The notes below the pieces were generated by a model. That model saw only the letters and a list, made by a program, of their open reading frames with translations, did not search any database and was not told the DNA's origin. The position numbers and the translations under genes are program-made. A stretch of 64,000 bases of DNA from Eubacteriales bacterium (GTDB taxonomy: Bacteria; Bacillota; Clostridia; Oscillospirales; CAG-272), in contig JAZSEC010000018.1 in the NCBI GenBank assembly GCA_045531485.1, positions 3,170 through 67,169 of the forward strand. The letters are read 5' to 3'. Below, piece by piece: positions 46,915 through 55,446 of this stretch (position 1 is the first letter of the stretch; the number at the start of each line of letters is the position of its first letter).

Positions 46915-47550
46915 TTGACAAAAAGAAAAAGAAGCGTGCTGCTATCCTTCGTGACGCTGATGCTTTGCTCGGCACTCGTTGTGGGTGGTTCGTATGCACT
47001 CTTCTCCGATCAGGTAGCTCTTACAACACATCTGAAGGCAGGCACACTCGATATCACTCTCGAGCGTACCGATCTTACGTCAAGGACCTTGGATTACAGC
47101 ACCGGTTTCCTTACCGATAAAAATAATCCTGAGATAGTTGATTTCTCCGGTCCCACCGATAGAAACGTGTTTGACCTTGGTATCGACGATAAGATCGTTC
47201 CCGGTTGCAGCTATGCGGCAACTATGAAGCTTACCAACAGGACCGACGTGGCGTTTGCTTATTGGATCCAGGTTGTAAACAGAGATGGCGACGTGGTTGA
47301 TCTTGCAGATCAGCTTCTCGTTACCGTAACCACTAAGGACGGTATCGTAGTTGACGGTATGGTCAGCGACGGTCTTCGGGTTGGCAGCTCCGTAAATCCT
47401 ATTGGAGTAATGGCAATCGGCGATGCCGAAAGCTTTGTGGTAACCCTTGAGTTCCTTGATCTTCCCAACAACAATCTCGCAAAATCCCAGAGCCTTAACT
47501 TCGACGTCGTGGTTCACGCCGTTCAGGTTACAGAGGCACCCCAGCAATAA
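46915..47550 (+). CDS. TasA/camelysin-family protein with SipW-cognate signal (class 'ALF[ST]')
   Basis: TTG start 9 nt after AGGAGG. 'GGSYALFSDQVALTTHLKAGTLDITL' resembles the CalY/TasA N-terminus. C-terminus '..SQSLNFDVVVHAVQ'. Confidence 0.8.
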   Translation: MTKRKRSVLLSFVTLMLCSALVVGGSYALFSDQVALTTHLKAGTLDITLERTDLTSRTLDYSTGFLTDKNNPEIVDFSGPTDRNVFDLGIDDKIVPGCSYAATMKLTNRTDVAFAYWIQVVNRDGDVVDLADQLLVTVTTKDGIVVDGMVSDGLRVGSSVNPIGVMAIGDAESFVVTLEFLDLPNNNLAKSQSLNFDVVVHAVQVTEAPQQ

Positions 47551-47656
47551 CTCCTAGCAAAAAAGTAACTTACAGAATTTAAGCACGCACATACCCTTAC
47601 TTGGGTTCTGAGTTAAATAAAAACAAAAAAATAAAAAATAAAAAGGAGAAACACAA

Positions 47657-48340
47657 ATGCAAAACAAAAAGAAAATTTTGTTTTCCTCAATCGTGACAAT
47701 CGCTATCTGCTTTTGTCTGATCACCGGTTCTACGTTCGCACTTTTCACAAGTGAGAGCGACCTGAACATTGCAATCACCTCCGGTAACGTTGAGCTTACT
47801 GCATCCATCAGTGCAGTTGATCTCTACTCTATCAGAGCACTTCGCGATGGCGAGACCGCCGAGACCTACGATGAGTACAATCACGGCTACGTTTTCGAGC
47901 AGCAGCAGAACGGCACCTTCGCAAACGGTGGCTCCGCAGCTCTCGCTAACGGCAACGAGCTTACTCTCAGCAGAGTAACTCCCGGTGACAAGGTTCGCCT
48001 TACCGTTGCTACCGCTAACACCAGCGACGTTATCATCAAGGCTCGCTACACCGTTTCCTGCGAAGCAGGCGATGCTCTTGCACAGGTTCTCGTTATCAGA
48101 GTTCTTGACGCTCAGGGCAACGTTGTTGAAGAGTTCCAGGGCATCGACGAGTACGTTTCCGCTTGGGAGACCCTTCAGGTTGGTGCTAATATGACCAACG
48201 CTTACCTCGAGATCGAGCTTCCCGCAACCACCGGTAACTCCTATCAGCACAACCAGCTTGTAGCTGCTGATCCTAACTACACCGGCGTTGAGCTTCTCAT
48301 CCACGTAGAGGCAGTTCAGGGCAACGGCACTATCGACTAA
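47657..48340 (+). CDS. TasA/camelysin-family protein (class 'ALF[ST]')
   Basis: 'TGSTFALFTSESDLNIAITSGNVELT' N-terminus, 'GNSYQ....HVEAVQ' C-terminus, 227 aa. Confidence 0.8.
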   Translation: MQNKKKILFSSIVTIAICFCLITGSTFALFTSESDLNIAITSGNVELTASISAVDLYSIRALRDGETAETYDEYNHGYVFEQQQNGTFANGGSAALANGNELTLSRVTPGDKVRLTVATANTSDVIIKARYTVSCEAGDALAQVLVIRVLDAQGNVVEEFQGIDEYVSAWETLQVGANMTNAYLEIELPATTGNSYQHNQLVAADPNYTGVELLIHVEAVQGNGTID

Positions 48341-48451
48341 TTTATTAGCCGAAATTACACTATAAGGTTCTATCGGATCGGGAGTGACCCTATCCGACAG
48401 AGTTAAATGACTCACTTTGATTTTTACTAAAAAAATGGCAAGGAGGTAGCG

Positions 48452-49042
48452 ATGTTCCGTTCTAAAAATATTAATAGCACGTTTATCATGGCGGGATTAG
48501 TTATACTGATTTGCCTGGTTTCGCTAACGGGTGCAACTCTTGCACTCTTTACATCCAATCCCGATGACGGAAAAATCGGTGTTATTGCCACCACCGGTAA
48601 CGTTAAGATCGACATCGTAGATGCAAAGACTGAGGATACGCTTATTGACGATGTTCTTCAGTTCAAGGCTGCAGACGGTGAGGCGGGTATCCTGTTTGAA
48701 CCCGGTGCAACCTTCTATACAGTCGGCTTTAAGGCTAAAAACGTTGGTGACATTCCCGTCAACTTCCGTATGTACATCAGCGAGGACGAAAGTCTTGATA
48801 TGGATGAATTTGAAAAGGCCTTTGAATTTTACATAACCACCGATCCCGAGAATCCTACCGATGCAGAGAAGCTTCTTAACTTCACCGGCAGGCTTGAGGT
48901 TGGTCAGAGTAGCGATACCTACTATCTTGTTATCAGGATGAAGGAGGATGCTACCAATGATTTTCAGGGCAAGGTATACACGGGTATCGGCATCACCGTA
49001 TGTGCGGTACAGGGCAACGTGAATATAGAAGGATTAGACTAA
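48452..49042 (+). CDS. TasA/camelysin-family protein (class 'ALF[ST]')
   Basis: 'TGATLALFTSNPDDGKIGVIATTGNVKIDI' N-terminus, 'TNDFQGKVYTGIGITVCAVQ' C-terminus, 196 aa. Confidence 0.8.
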   Translation: MFRSKNINSTFIMAGLVILICLVSLTGATLALFTSNPDDGKIGVIATTGNVKIDIVDAKTEDTLIDDVLQFKAADGEAGILFEPGATFYTVGFKAKNVGDIPVNFRMYISEDESLDMDEFEKAFEFYITTDPENPTDAEKLLNFTGRLEVGQSSDTYYLVIRMKEDATNDFQGKVYTGIGITVCAVQGNVNIEGLD

Positions 49043-49043
49043 A

Positions 49044-49862
49044 ATGAAAGAAAAGGTTAAAAAGATAATCAACATTTCAACAAAGGTACTGACCTGGCTG
49101 CTCGTTGTCTTTACCGTCTTTATGATGATATTTACAATAGTTACGGTTTTAACCGTTAACAAGAACGAGCGAAGCATCTTCGGCTATAAGTTCTACATTG
49201 TACAGACCGACTCAATGAGCGAGTCTGAAAACAATGCCGATATGGAAGTACACTTTAACGCAGGTGATATTATTATCATCAAAAACCTTAAGGATCCTAC
49301 CACACTCCAGGCTGGCGACATAATCGCGTTTATGTCTGCCAATAAGGAGAGCTGGGGCGAGACCATCACCCATATGATCCACGAGGTTAAAAAGGATGAA
49401 AACGGCAAGACTGTTGGCTACGTTACCTTCGGTACCAACACGGGTGCTATTGACGATGCTGTCGTAACTCCCGAAACGGTGCTTGGTAAGTACACAGGTA
49501 AGCTTCCCATAGTCGGAAGATTCTTTGCCTTTGTTAAATCCACTCCCGGCTACATTGTATGTATCCTCGTACCCTTCCTTCTGCTTATCCTTTACAACGG
49601 TGCGAACGTAATCATTCTGTTCCGTAAGTATAAGAAGGAGCAGACCGACGCGATCGCCGCTGAGAGAAAGCAGATCGAGGATGAACGTGCCGAGGCACAG
49701 CGTATGATGGCCGAGCTGCTTGAGCTTAAGGCTCAGCTTATGAAAAACGGCGGCGGGGAATCAGCCCCGAATGCCGAGGCTACTGCCGAGACCGAAAAGG
49801 CCGACGCAGACGAATCGGAGTCTGACTCCGATGACACAGAGTCCCACAAGGACGATAATTGA
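49044..49862 (+). CDS. sipW: SipW-type signal peptidase I, copy 2 (divergent boxes, long acidic tail)
   Basis: 'IFGYKFYIVQTDSMS' (Ser box), 'ETITHMI' (His box), 'FGTNTGAIDD' in place of GDN, a second TM helix and then a coiled-coil/acidic tail of about 85 aa. The ATG lies 1 nt after the preceding stop. Confidence 0.78.
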   Translation: MKEKVKKIINISTKVLTWLLVVFTVFMMIFTIVTVLTVNKNERSIFGYKFYIVQTDSMSESENNADMEVHFNAGDIIIIKNLKDPTTLQAGDIIAFMSANKESWGETITHMIHEVKKDENGKTVGYVTFGTNTGAIDDAVVTPETVLGKYTGKLPIVGRFFAFVKSTPGYIVCILVPFLLLILYNGANVIILFRKYKKEQTDAIAAERKQIEDERAEAQRMMAELLELKAQLMKNGGGESAPNAEATAETEKADADESESDSDDTESHKDDN

Positions 49863-49910
49863 AAAAACACTGTTAGTTCATAAAAAATAATACAAGGAGG
49901 AAAAACTCAC

Positions 49911-51593
49911 ATGACTAACACTTCTACAAAGCGTGCACTGTTTTCCAGTGTTGTTTCGCTCTTCCTCTGCTTTGTAATGCTCATGGGTACAACCTTCGCA
50001 TGGTTCACCGACGTTGCGACCAGTGAGGGCAACGTAATCCAGGCAGGTACCCTTGACGTTCAGCTCTTCAAGCACGATGCTACAGGTAGCACCGAGATTA
50101 CCGATTCCAGCGATCCCATCTTCGGCAAGGCTGATTCTGCTAATGCAAATGCAAACACCGCAGACACCCTTTGGGAGCCCGGTAAGACTCAGACCGTTTA
50201 CCTTTCTATCAAGAACAACGGTTCTCTTGATCTCAAGTACACCGTTGCTATCGAGGTTACTAACATCGAGAATAATCTTAACGAGGTTCTCTACTACGTT
50301 ATCACTCCCGATGCAACCGTTGCAAGCCCTGTAACCAAGGATACTCTTCCCAGCAACTGGGATACCTGCAACAAGGTAGAGGCTGGTATCAACTTCGCTT
50401 CTGATGGCGACACCGCTCTTCAGGCAGGTGGCGAGCACTTCTTCGCTCTCTCCGTACATATGGATGAGGATGCAGGCAACGAGTATCAGGAAGGCAACGT
50501 TACCTTCAACATCAAGGTTCTTGCAGGCCAGCTTTCTTCTGAGGAAGACAGCTTCGGTGCTGACTATGACCTGGATGCTATCTATCCCGAAGGATTTGTA
50601 ACTCTTCCCGCTGACGACGAGTTCCCCGTAGCAGGTTATGAGATTCCTTACTACCTTGACGGCGAGAAGATCGGTACCATCACCGTTCCTGCTGCAGCTC
50701 TTCCCGAGGGCTCCAGAAACCTTGTTTACACAGTTACTCCTACCCAGGTAGATTCTAACTTCTCTGTAACCGCTGCTCAGACTTATGCATTCGACATTGA
50801 GGTTATCGGTCTTGTAGAGAACAACACCGCTCCCATCCTTACCGAGGTTCGTATCGACAAGGATATCGAGGGCGAAATCGCTGTTTACCACAACAACACC
50901 GAGCGTATTGAGATCGACTCTTACAACCCCAATACCGGTATGGTTAAGTTCTACACCACCTCCTACAGCCCCTTCGTTGTTGTTGTTGACGAAGAGGTTG
51001 AGATCACCGATTTCACCGTTCCTCAGGCAGTAGTTACCTACCTTCCCGAGTATGTTAACAACGCTAACATCGAGTGGGGTCAGTATGACAACTGGTCTCC
51101 TGTTTCCGGTGTTGAGGCTAACCTTGACGTTTGCTTCAGCTTCACCTCTCTTCATGACACCGACACTGTTACTCAGTGCCTCTACAAGGATTGGTACGTA
51201 GATTTCGTAGTATCTCTTGATTCTCCTCTTGGCGAGAACCAGATCTTCCTTGGCGGTAACTACGGTTCCTTCGGTTGGGTAGGCTTCCATAACAGAGACC
51301 TCACCCTCGATGCTAACTATGAGGTTCCCCTTCTTGGTTCTGTTACCGGTGGTGACGAGAGAGTCAGCGGTTGGAGATATGAGGATATCGTAAACTACGT
51401 TGGCGGCTTTATCTGCGGCGTAGGTAACGTTGGTGATAACCTTGACGGTGCAACTGTTACTGTTGTTCTTCGCCTTACCAACCCCGAGAACCTTAATGAT
51501 CAGATCGACGTTAGCACAATTACTTACACCTTCGATGGCGATACTTACACCATCAACGGCGAAGAGTTCACCAAGACCACTGTTAACGAGTAA
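49911..51593 (+). CDS. 560-aa secreted protein: N-terminal TasA-like domain (class 'FAWF[TS]') plus C-terminal extension
   Basis: 'GTTFAWFTDVATSEGNVIQAGTLDVQL' ... 'DAGNEYQEGNVTFNIKVLAGQ' ... 'SFGADYD'. GGAGG RBS. Confidence 0.82.
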   Translation: MTNTSTKRALFSSVVSLFLCFVMLMGTTFAWFTDVATSEGNVIQAGTLDVQLFKHDATGSTEITDSSDPIFGKADSANANANTADTLWEPGKTQTVYLSIKNNGSLDLKYTVAIEVTNIENNLNEVLYYVITPDATVASPVTKDTLPSNWDTCNKVEAGINFASDGDTALQAGGEHFFALSVHMDEDAGNEYQEGNVTFNIKVLAGQLSSEEDSFGADYDLDAIYPEGFVTLPADDEFPVAGYEIPYYLDGEKIGTITVPAAALPEGSRNLVYTVTPTQVDSNFSVTAAQTYAFDIEVIGLVENNTAPILTEVRIDKDIEGEIAVYHNNTERIEIDSYNPNTGMVKFYTTSYSPFVVVVDEEVEITDFTVPQAVVTYLPEYVNNANIEWGQYDNWSPVSGVEANLDVCFSFTSLHDTDTVTQCLYKDWYVDFVVSLDSPLGENQIFLGGNYGSFGWVGFHNRDLTLDANYEVPLLGSVTGGDERVSGWRYEDIVNYVGGFICGVGNVGDNLDGATVTVVLRLTNPENLNDQIDVSTITYTFDGDTYTINGEEFTKTTVNE

Positions 51594-51629
51594 TTCTTAG
51601 TAAGTAGTTTTTAATTACTAACTAAAAAC

Positions 51630-51655
51630 GCCACCCGACCTTCGGGTCGGGCGGC
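51630..51655 (+). other. GC-rich hairpin with TTCG loop after the 560-aa gene
   Basis: GCCACCCGACC-TTCG-GGTCGGGCGGC. No 3' T-run on the + strand; the T-run is on the minus strand. Confidence 0.7.
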
Positions 51656-51726
51656 AATAAAAGGGCATAAGGCTTATATTATATATAATAATTAATATGT
51701 AGTTTTTTTGTGCGTTTTTATTGCCG
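51652..51726. repeat. 11-bp inverted repeat CGGCAATAAAA / TTTTATTGCCG bracketing a 52-bp AT-rich core
   Basis: Arms at 51652-51663 and 51716-51726. The same arms recur at 55222-55233 and 55386-55397. Confidence 0.75.
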
Positions 51727-51794
51727 ATAGGCAACGGGGTCTTACCCCGCAGCGAAATATCCCTATTGAAAAAATACATATAGGAGTTTTCATC

Positions 51795-54700
51795 ATGAAA
51801 AACACAAAGCACTCTATCCGCACAAGCTTAACAGCGTTGCTTTTATGCTTCGCTATGCTTCTCGGAACGACATTCGCGTGGTTTACCGATGTAGCTGTAA
51901 GCTCGGATAACCTTATTCAGGCAGGTAGCCTTGATATCGCTCTTATGAAGGGTACGCCCAACGGTGACGGAACCTGGACTTGGGTAGAAAATAACGGCGA
52001 GGCTATCTTCGATTATGACAAATGGGAGCCCGGCTATACCACCTGGGCTGCACTTGCTGTTGAGAACCACGGCACCCTTGCTGCAAAGTGGCAGGCAATG
52101 CTTACTCTCGACGGTACACCCTCTATTCTTGCAGACGTGATCGAGGTTTATTCTACTTACGATCATATCTTCGATCCCGATACCCGTCCCGATTTTACCG
52201 ACGGTACTTGGAGAAAGATGGGTACAGTTCGCGAGCTTCTTGACAATGACGGTATGCTTCTCAGCGGCGACTTTATCGAGCCTGAACACCGTCAGCCTAT
52301 CGTTATCGCTCTCCACATGGTAGAGGATGCAGGTAACGAGTATCAGGGACTTAACCTCGGTGCAAACTTTAACATCAAGGTTATGGCAACTCAGGCAAGC
52401 TTTGAAAACGACTCCTTTGGCGACGACTACGACGCAGATGCAGAATGGCCTGATGATTTCAAGTTCGAGACATCTACCGGTGTTGATCAGCTTCAGATCC
52501 TTAATAACGAGCTTGTAAATCCCTTTATCATCAGATATAACGACTCGATCTATGCCGAGCTTTCCGCAGGCACAAAGCTTGCAGCAGGCGTAACCGAGAT
52601 CAAGTTCTCCGGTAGAACTGCCGATGGCGAGAACAATCTTACTCTTGGTGAGGGCGACAGTGCTAAGGATTACGATATTCACATCGAGGGTATCGCAGAG
52701 GATAACACCCAGCCTATCAAGGTCTACCTTGGCAAGCTTCTTCAGCCCGGCCTTGACAAGACCTCTCTTAAGCTCTACCACGAGGACACCCAGATGACCA
52801 GAGTTGACAGCGTTGCTGATTTCCTTACCAACAACCAGTTCTTCTATGACGTTCAGACCGGTGAGGTTGTTATCTACGTAGATAATTTCTCTGTATTCAC
52901 CAGTGTTACTACTTCTGCTGTGGCATGGAGTGGCGATGCTGCTAATGCATTTGCTTCGGGTGCAGGCACAGAGGATAATCCTTATGTAATTAAAACTCCC
53001 GAACAGTTTGCATATTTCAGAAATCAGGTTGACGCCGGTAACTCCTTCAAGGGTAAGTATGTTAAGCTTGATGCAGATATCAATCTTAATAGAATTCCCT
53101 TCGATCCCATCGGATTTGGTTACTGGAATGAATCTAAAGTTGATGCAAACGGTAATGATACAAACACCGTATTCATGGGTACCTTCGACGGTGGAAATCA
53201 CACCATCTATAACCTTTACGAGAACTGCTGGGAGCTTGATACCGCCCAAAACAATTACAGCACCTATACATACAGCACCGCGGGTGCAGGTCTTTTCGCT
53301 TCTATTAAGAATGCTACTATTAAGAACCTTATGATTAACGGTGCAGAGATCGTTTTCGAGTGCGTTGATATGGGTATTGTTGTTGGCTATGCTCAGGGAG
53401 AATGTCACTTCGAGAACATCGTTGTTGCTAATGCAAATATTGCAAACTACAACCGTTATACCGGTGGCGTAGTTGGTGAGGTTAGCTACGGTGTAGATAA
53501 TAACGGTGATGGCTTCAGCCACACCTTCAAGAATATTACCGTTGACTCTACCGTTACCGTTTCCGGCCTTTGGGGATCCTTTGGCTGCGGTATGGGCGGT
53601 GTAATCGGTGGTAAGTGGGGCGATGCAACCGTTAAGATGGAAAACGTTGTTTCCGCTCCTGTAATGGACGTATATAATGACGTTGTTTCCGCTTACCAGT
53701 GGTACGCATTCCGTGGTTGCGGTATGCTTATCGGCCACACCGAGGAGCCTTACTCCGACGGCAGAACATCCGGCAAGGCAACTGCAGACTTCCTTACTTG
53801 TGAGAGCGTTACCGTTTACTATGGCGATTGGGTAAATCAGACATATTATCAGTTTGCAAAACAGACCGATAAGGACGGCAACAGACTTTGGTACAGTGAT
53901 TATCCTTGGGTAAGAGTTGAGCCCGGTAATTATTGCGATGCTTACTCTAATATCAGATACGGTATTCCCCAGGTTAACGGTGTTAAGGTTACCGAACTCA
54001 GTCCCGAAGAGTTCGAGAAGGCTGTTACAGACAAGGTTTCCATTCCCTTCGATCAGCTTTACGGTGCAGACCGCGGTATGTATGGTCAGTCAGAACACCC
54101 CGGTGTAACCGTATTAAGAGCTGCGTACACTACCAAGACTGTATACTTTGAGAACAACCAGAATTGGGAAAACGTTTACATCTACTATTGGTGCCAGAAC
54201 GGTAACGATGAGTGGGATAACAACGCATTCCCCGGTCAGCCTATGACCCTCGTTCAGTCTTCTACTGAAGGTGCTCATGATGTCTACTCCTTTAAGGTTC
54301 CTAGCTTTGCTAAGGGCTTCATCTTCTCTGATGGTAAGGAAGTAAACCTCGAACACAAGCATTACCAGACTATTGATATTGATGTAGCTGGAGATGTTGA
54401 TAATGTAATCTTTTGTCTTAATGAAATTGACTACGAACAGGTTGTAGAAGGAAACAAGGTAGATTATAAGTATTCTGTCAAGTCTTCTCAGTATAAAGAT
54501 GGTTATTCGACCGTTTATTTCAAGAACGGATTCCTGTGGGATAAGGTTGAAATGTATTATAACATAGGTGATGACACAAGTGGTAGTTGGTCTAAAGGAA
54601 CAGTAAATCTTCTTGGATATGATGGATCTTACGAATACTATAGCATCATTGTTCCTAATTATGCTACAACATTTAATATTAGCGGTGAAAAGAATACCGG

Positions 54701-55166
54701 TACTGGAGAACGCGAGTCGACAGTTGATATTAGTGTTAGCGGATTGACAGAAAACGTGATGTATGCACCCAGTGGTACAAGTAACAGCGGCGTAACAATA
54801 ACTACATCTTCCTTTAATGCAAGTGTAATTAAAGACGGATACAAGTTGCTCTATTATAAGCCTTCGTCTGATTGGTACAATGACAATGCTAGATTTGCAG
54901 CTTATGTTTTTAAAGGATCGAAAAACGAATGGTATAACGTCAATAAGTATTCAGATGGCATTTGTAAGGTTTGGGTGTCTACTTCTTACAGTAATATCAT
55001 TTTCTGTCGTATGAATCCCGCTTATACAACAAACAGTTGGGATGAAAACAATAAGGATTATGTTTGGAATCAAACGGCGGACCTTACAATACCTACAGAC
55101 AGCAATAATATGTTTAAACAAAATTCAGGATGGGATGGCGTAAGCGGCACTTGGTCCACAAAATAA
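51795..55166 (+). CDS. 1123-aa secreted protein: TasA-like N-domain + Ig-like + beta-helix/GLUG-like core + three CBM-like C-terminal modules
   Basis: 'GTTFAWFTDVAVSSDNLIQAGSLDI' ... 'DAGNEYQGLNLGANFNIKVMATQASFENDSFGDDYD' ... 'GTEDNPYVIKTPEQFAYF' ... 'GTFDGGNHTIYNL'. The C-terminal modules resemble 'TVYFENNQNWENVYIYYW'. The ATG at 51795 follows AGGAG. Confidence 0.85.
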   Translation: MKNTKHSIRTSLTALLLCFAMLLGTTFAWFTDVAVSSDNLIQAGSLDIALMKGTPNGDGTWTWVENNGEAIFDYDKWEPGYTTWAALAVENHGTLAAKWQAMLTLDGTPSILADVIEVYSTYDHIFDPDTRPDFTDGTWRKMGTVRELLDNDGMLLSGDFIEPEHRQPIVIALHMVEDAGNEYQGLNLGANFNIKVMATQASFENDSFGDDYDADAEWPDDFKFETSTGVDQLQILNNELVNPFIIRYNDSIYAELSAGTKLAAGVTEIKFSGRTADGENNLTLGEGDSAKDYDIHIEGIAEDNTQPIKVYLGKLLQPGLDKTSLKLYHEDTQMTRVDSVADFLTNNQFFYDVQTGEVVIYVDNFSVFTSVTTSAVAWSGDAANAFASGAGTEDNPYVIKTPEQFAYFRNQVDAGNSFKGKYVKLDADINLNRIPFDPIGFGYWNESKVDANGNDTNTVFMGTFDGGNHTIYNLYENCWELDTAQNNYSTYTYSTAGAGLFASIKNATIKNLMINGAEIVFECVDMGIVVGYAQGECHFENIVVANANIANYNRYTGGVVGEVSYGVDNNGDGFSHTFKNITVDSTVTVSGLWGSFGCGMGGVIGGKWGDATVKMENVVSAPVMDVYNDVVSAYQWYAFRGCGMLIGHTEEPYSDGRTSGKATADFLTCESVTVYYGDWVNQTYYQFAKQTDKDGNRLWYSDYPWVRVEPGNYCDAYSNIRYGIPQVNGVKVTELSPEEFEKAVTDKVSIPFDQLYGADRGMYGQSEHPGVTVLRAAYTTKTVYFENNQNWENVYIYYWCQNGNDEWDNNAFPGQPMTLVQSSTEGAHDVYSFKVPSFAKGFIFSDGKEVNLEHKHYQTIDIDVAGDVDNVIFCLNEIDYEQVVEGNKVDYKYSVKSSQYKDGYSTVYFKNGFLWDKVEMYYNIGDDTSGSWSKGTVNLLGYDGSYEYYSIIVPNYATTFNISGEKNTGTGERESTVDISVSGLTENVMYAPSGTSNSGVTITTSSFNASVIKDGYKLLYYKPSSDWYNDNARFAAYVFKGSKNEWYNVNKYSDGICKVWVSTSYSNIIFCRMNPAYTTNSWDENNKDYVWNQTADLTIPTDSNNMFKQNSGWDGVSGTWSTK

Positions 55167-55203
55167 CCCCTAGCTATTTAAAAAGTTAAACAAATTAAAA
55201 GCC

Positions 55204-55221
55204 CCCGACCTTCGGGTCGGG
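55204..55221 (+). other. Hairpin with TTCG loop after the 1123-aa gene
   Basis: CCCGACC-TTCG-GGTCGGG. It sits within a 30-nt stretch identical to the one at 51633-51663. Confidence 0.7.
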
Positions 55222-55397
55222 CGGCAATAAAAGTACATAAAAATGACGTGCAATGCTCGTTTCTGCAAAACCTCATCCACCGCGATGCGGTCCCCCTTCT
55301 CCAACAGAGAAGGCTTGCAGATCATACCTCTCCGATAAGGCGAGGATTCAGGGTGTTTTACTGCAATATTGTAAACATTTGTGTGCTTTTATTGCCG
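55222..55397. repeat. 12-bp inverted repeat CGGCAATAAAAG / CTTTTATTGCCG bracketing a 152-bp core
   Basis: Arms at 55222-55233 and 55386-55397. The core contains an ACCTCATCC-type repeat copy. Confidence 0.75.
55270..55314 (+). repeat. ACCTCATCC + two-hairpin repeat unit (diverged copy)
   Basis: ACCTCATCC, then ACCGC-GAT-GCGGT, then CCTTCTC-CAACA-GAGAAGG. Confidence 0.6.
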
Positions 55398-55446
55398 AAT
55401 ATGGCAAGAAATCGGGTTATTATTAAAAAATTACATAAAGGAAAAA

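Noticed and set aside
51652-51726. Invertible promoter (inverton) interpretation for the first inverted-repeat-bounded core.
   Set aside because: The segment between the 11-bp arms is only 52 bp, which is too short for recombinase-mediated inversion, and no recombinase gene is nearby. I kept only as a low-confidence alternative for the 152-bp version at 55234-55385.
51708-51794. Upstream extensions of ORF-track starts: 51708 (TTG), 55381 (GTG), 55248-55568, 44601 (TTG), 18498 (GTG), 19093, 13241 (TTG), 23049, 36510, 26989 and 20644.
   Set aside because: In each case an internal ATG, GTG or TTG preceded by a proper SD gives the canonical N-terminus of the family or a clean signal peptide. The extensions run through promoters, hairpins or repeats.
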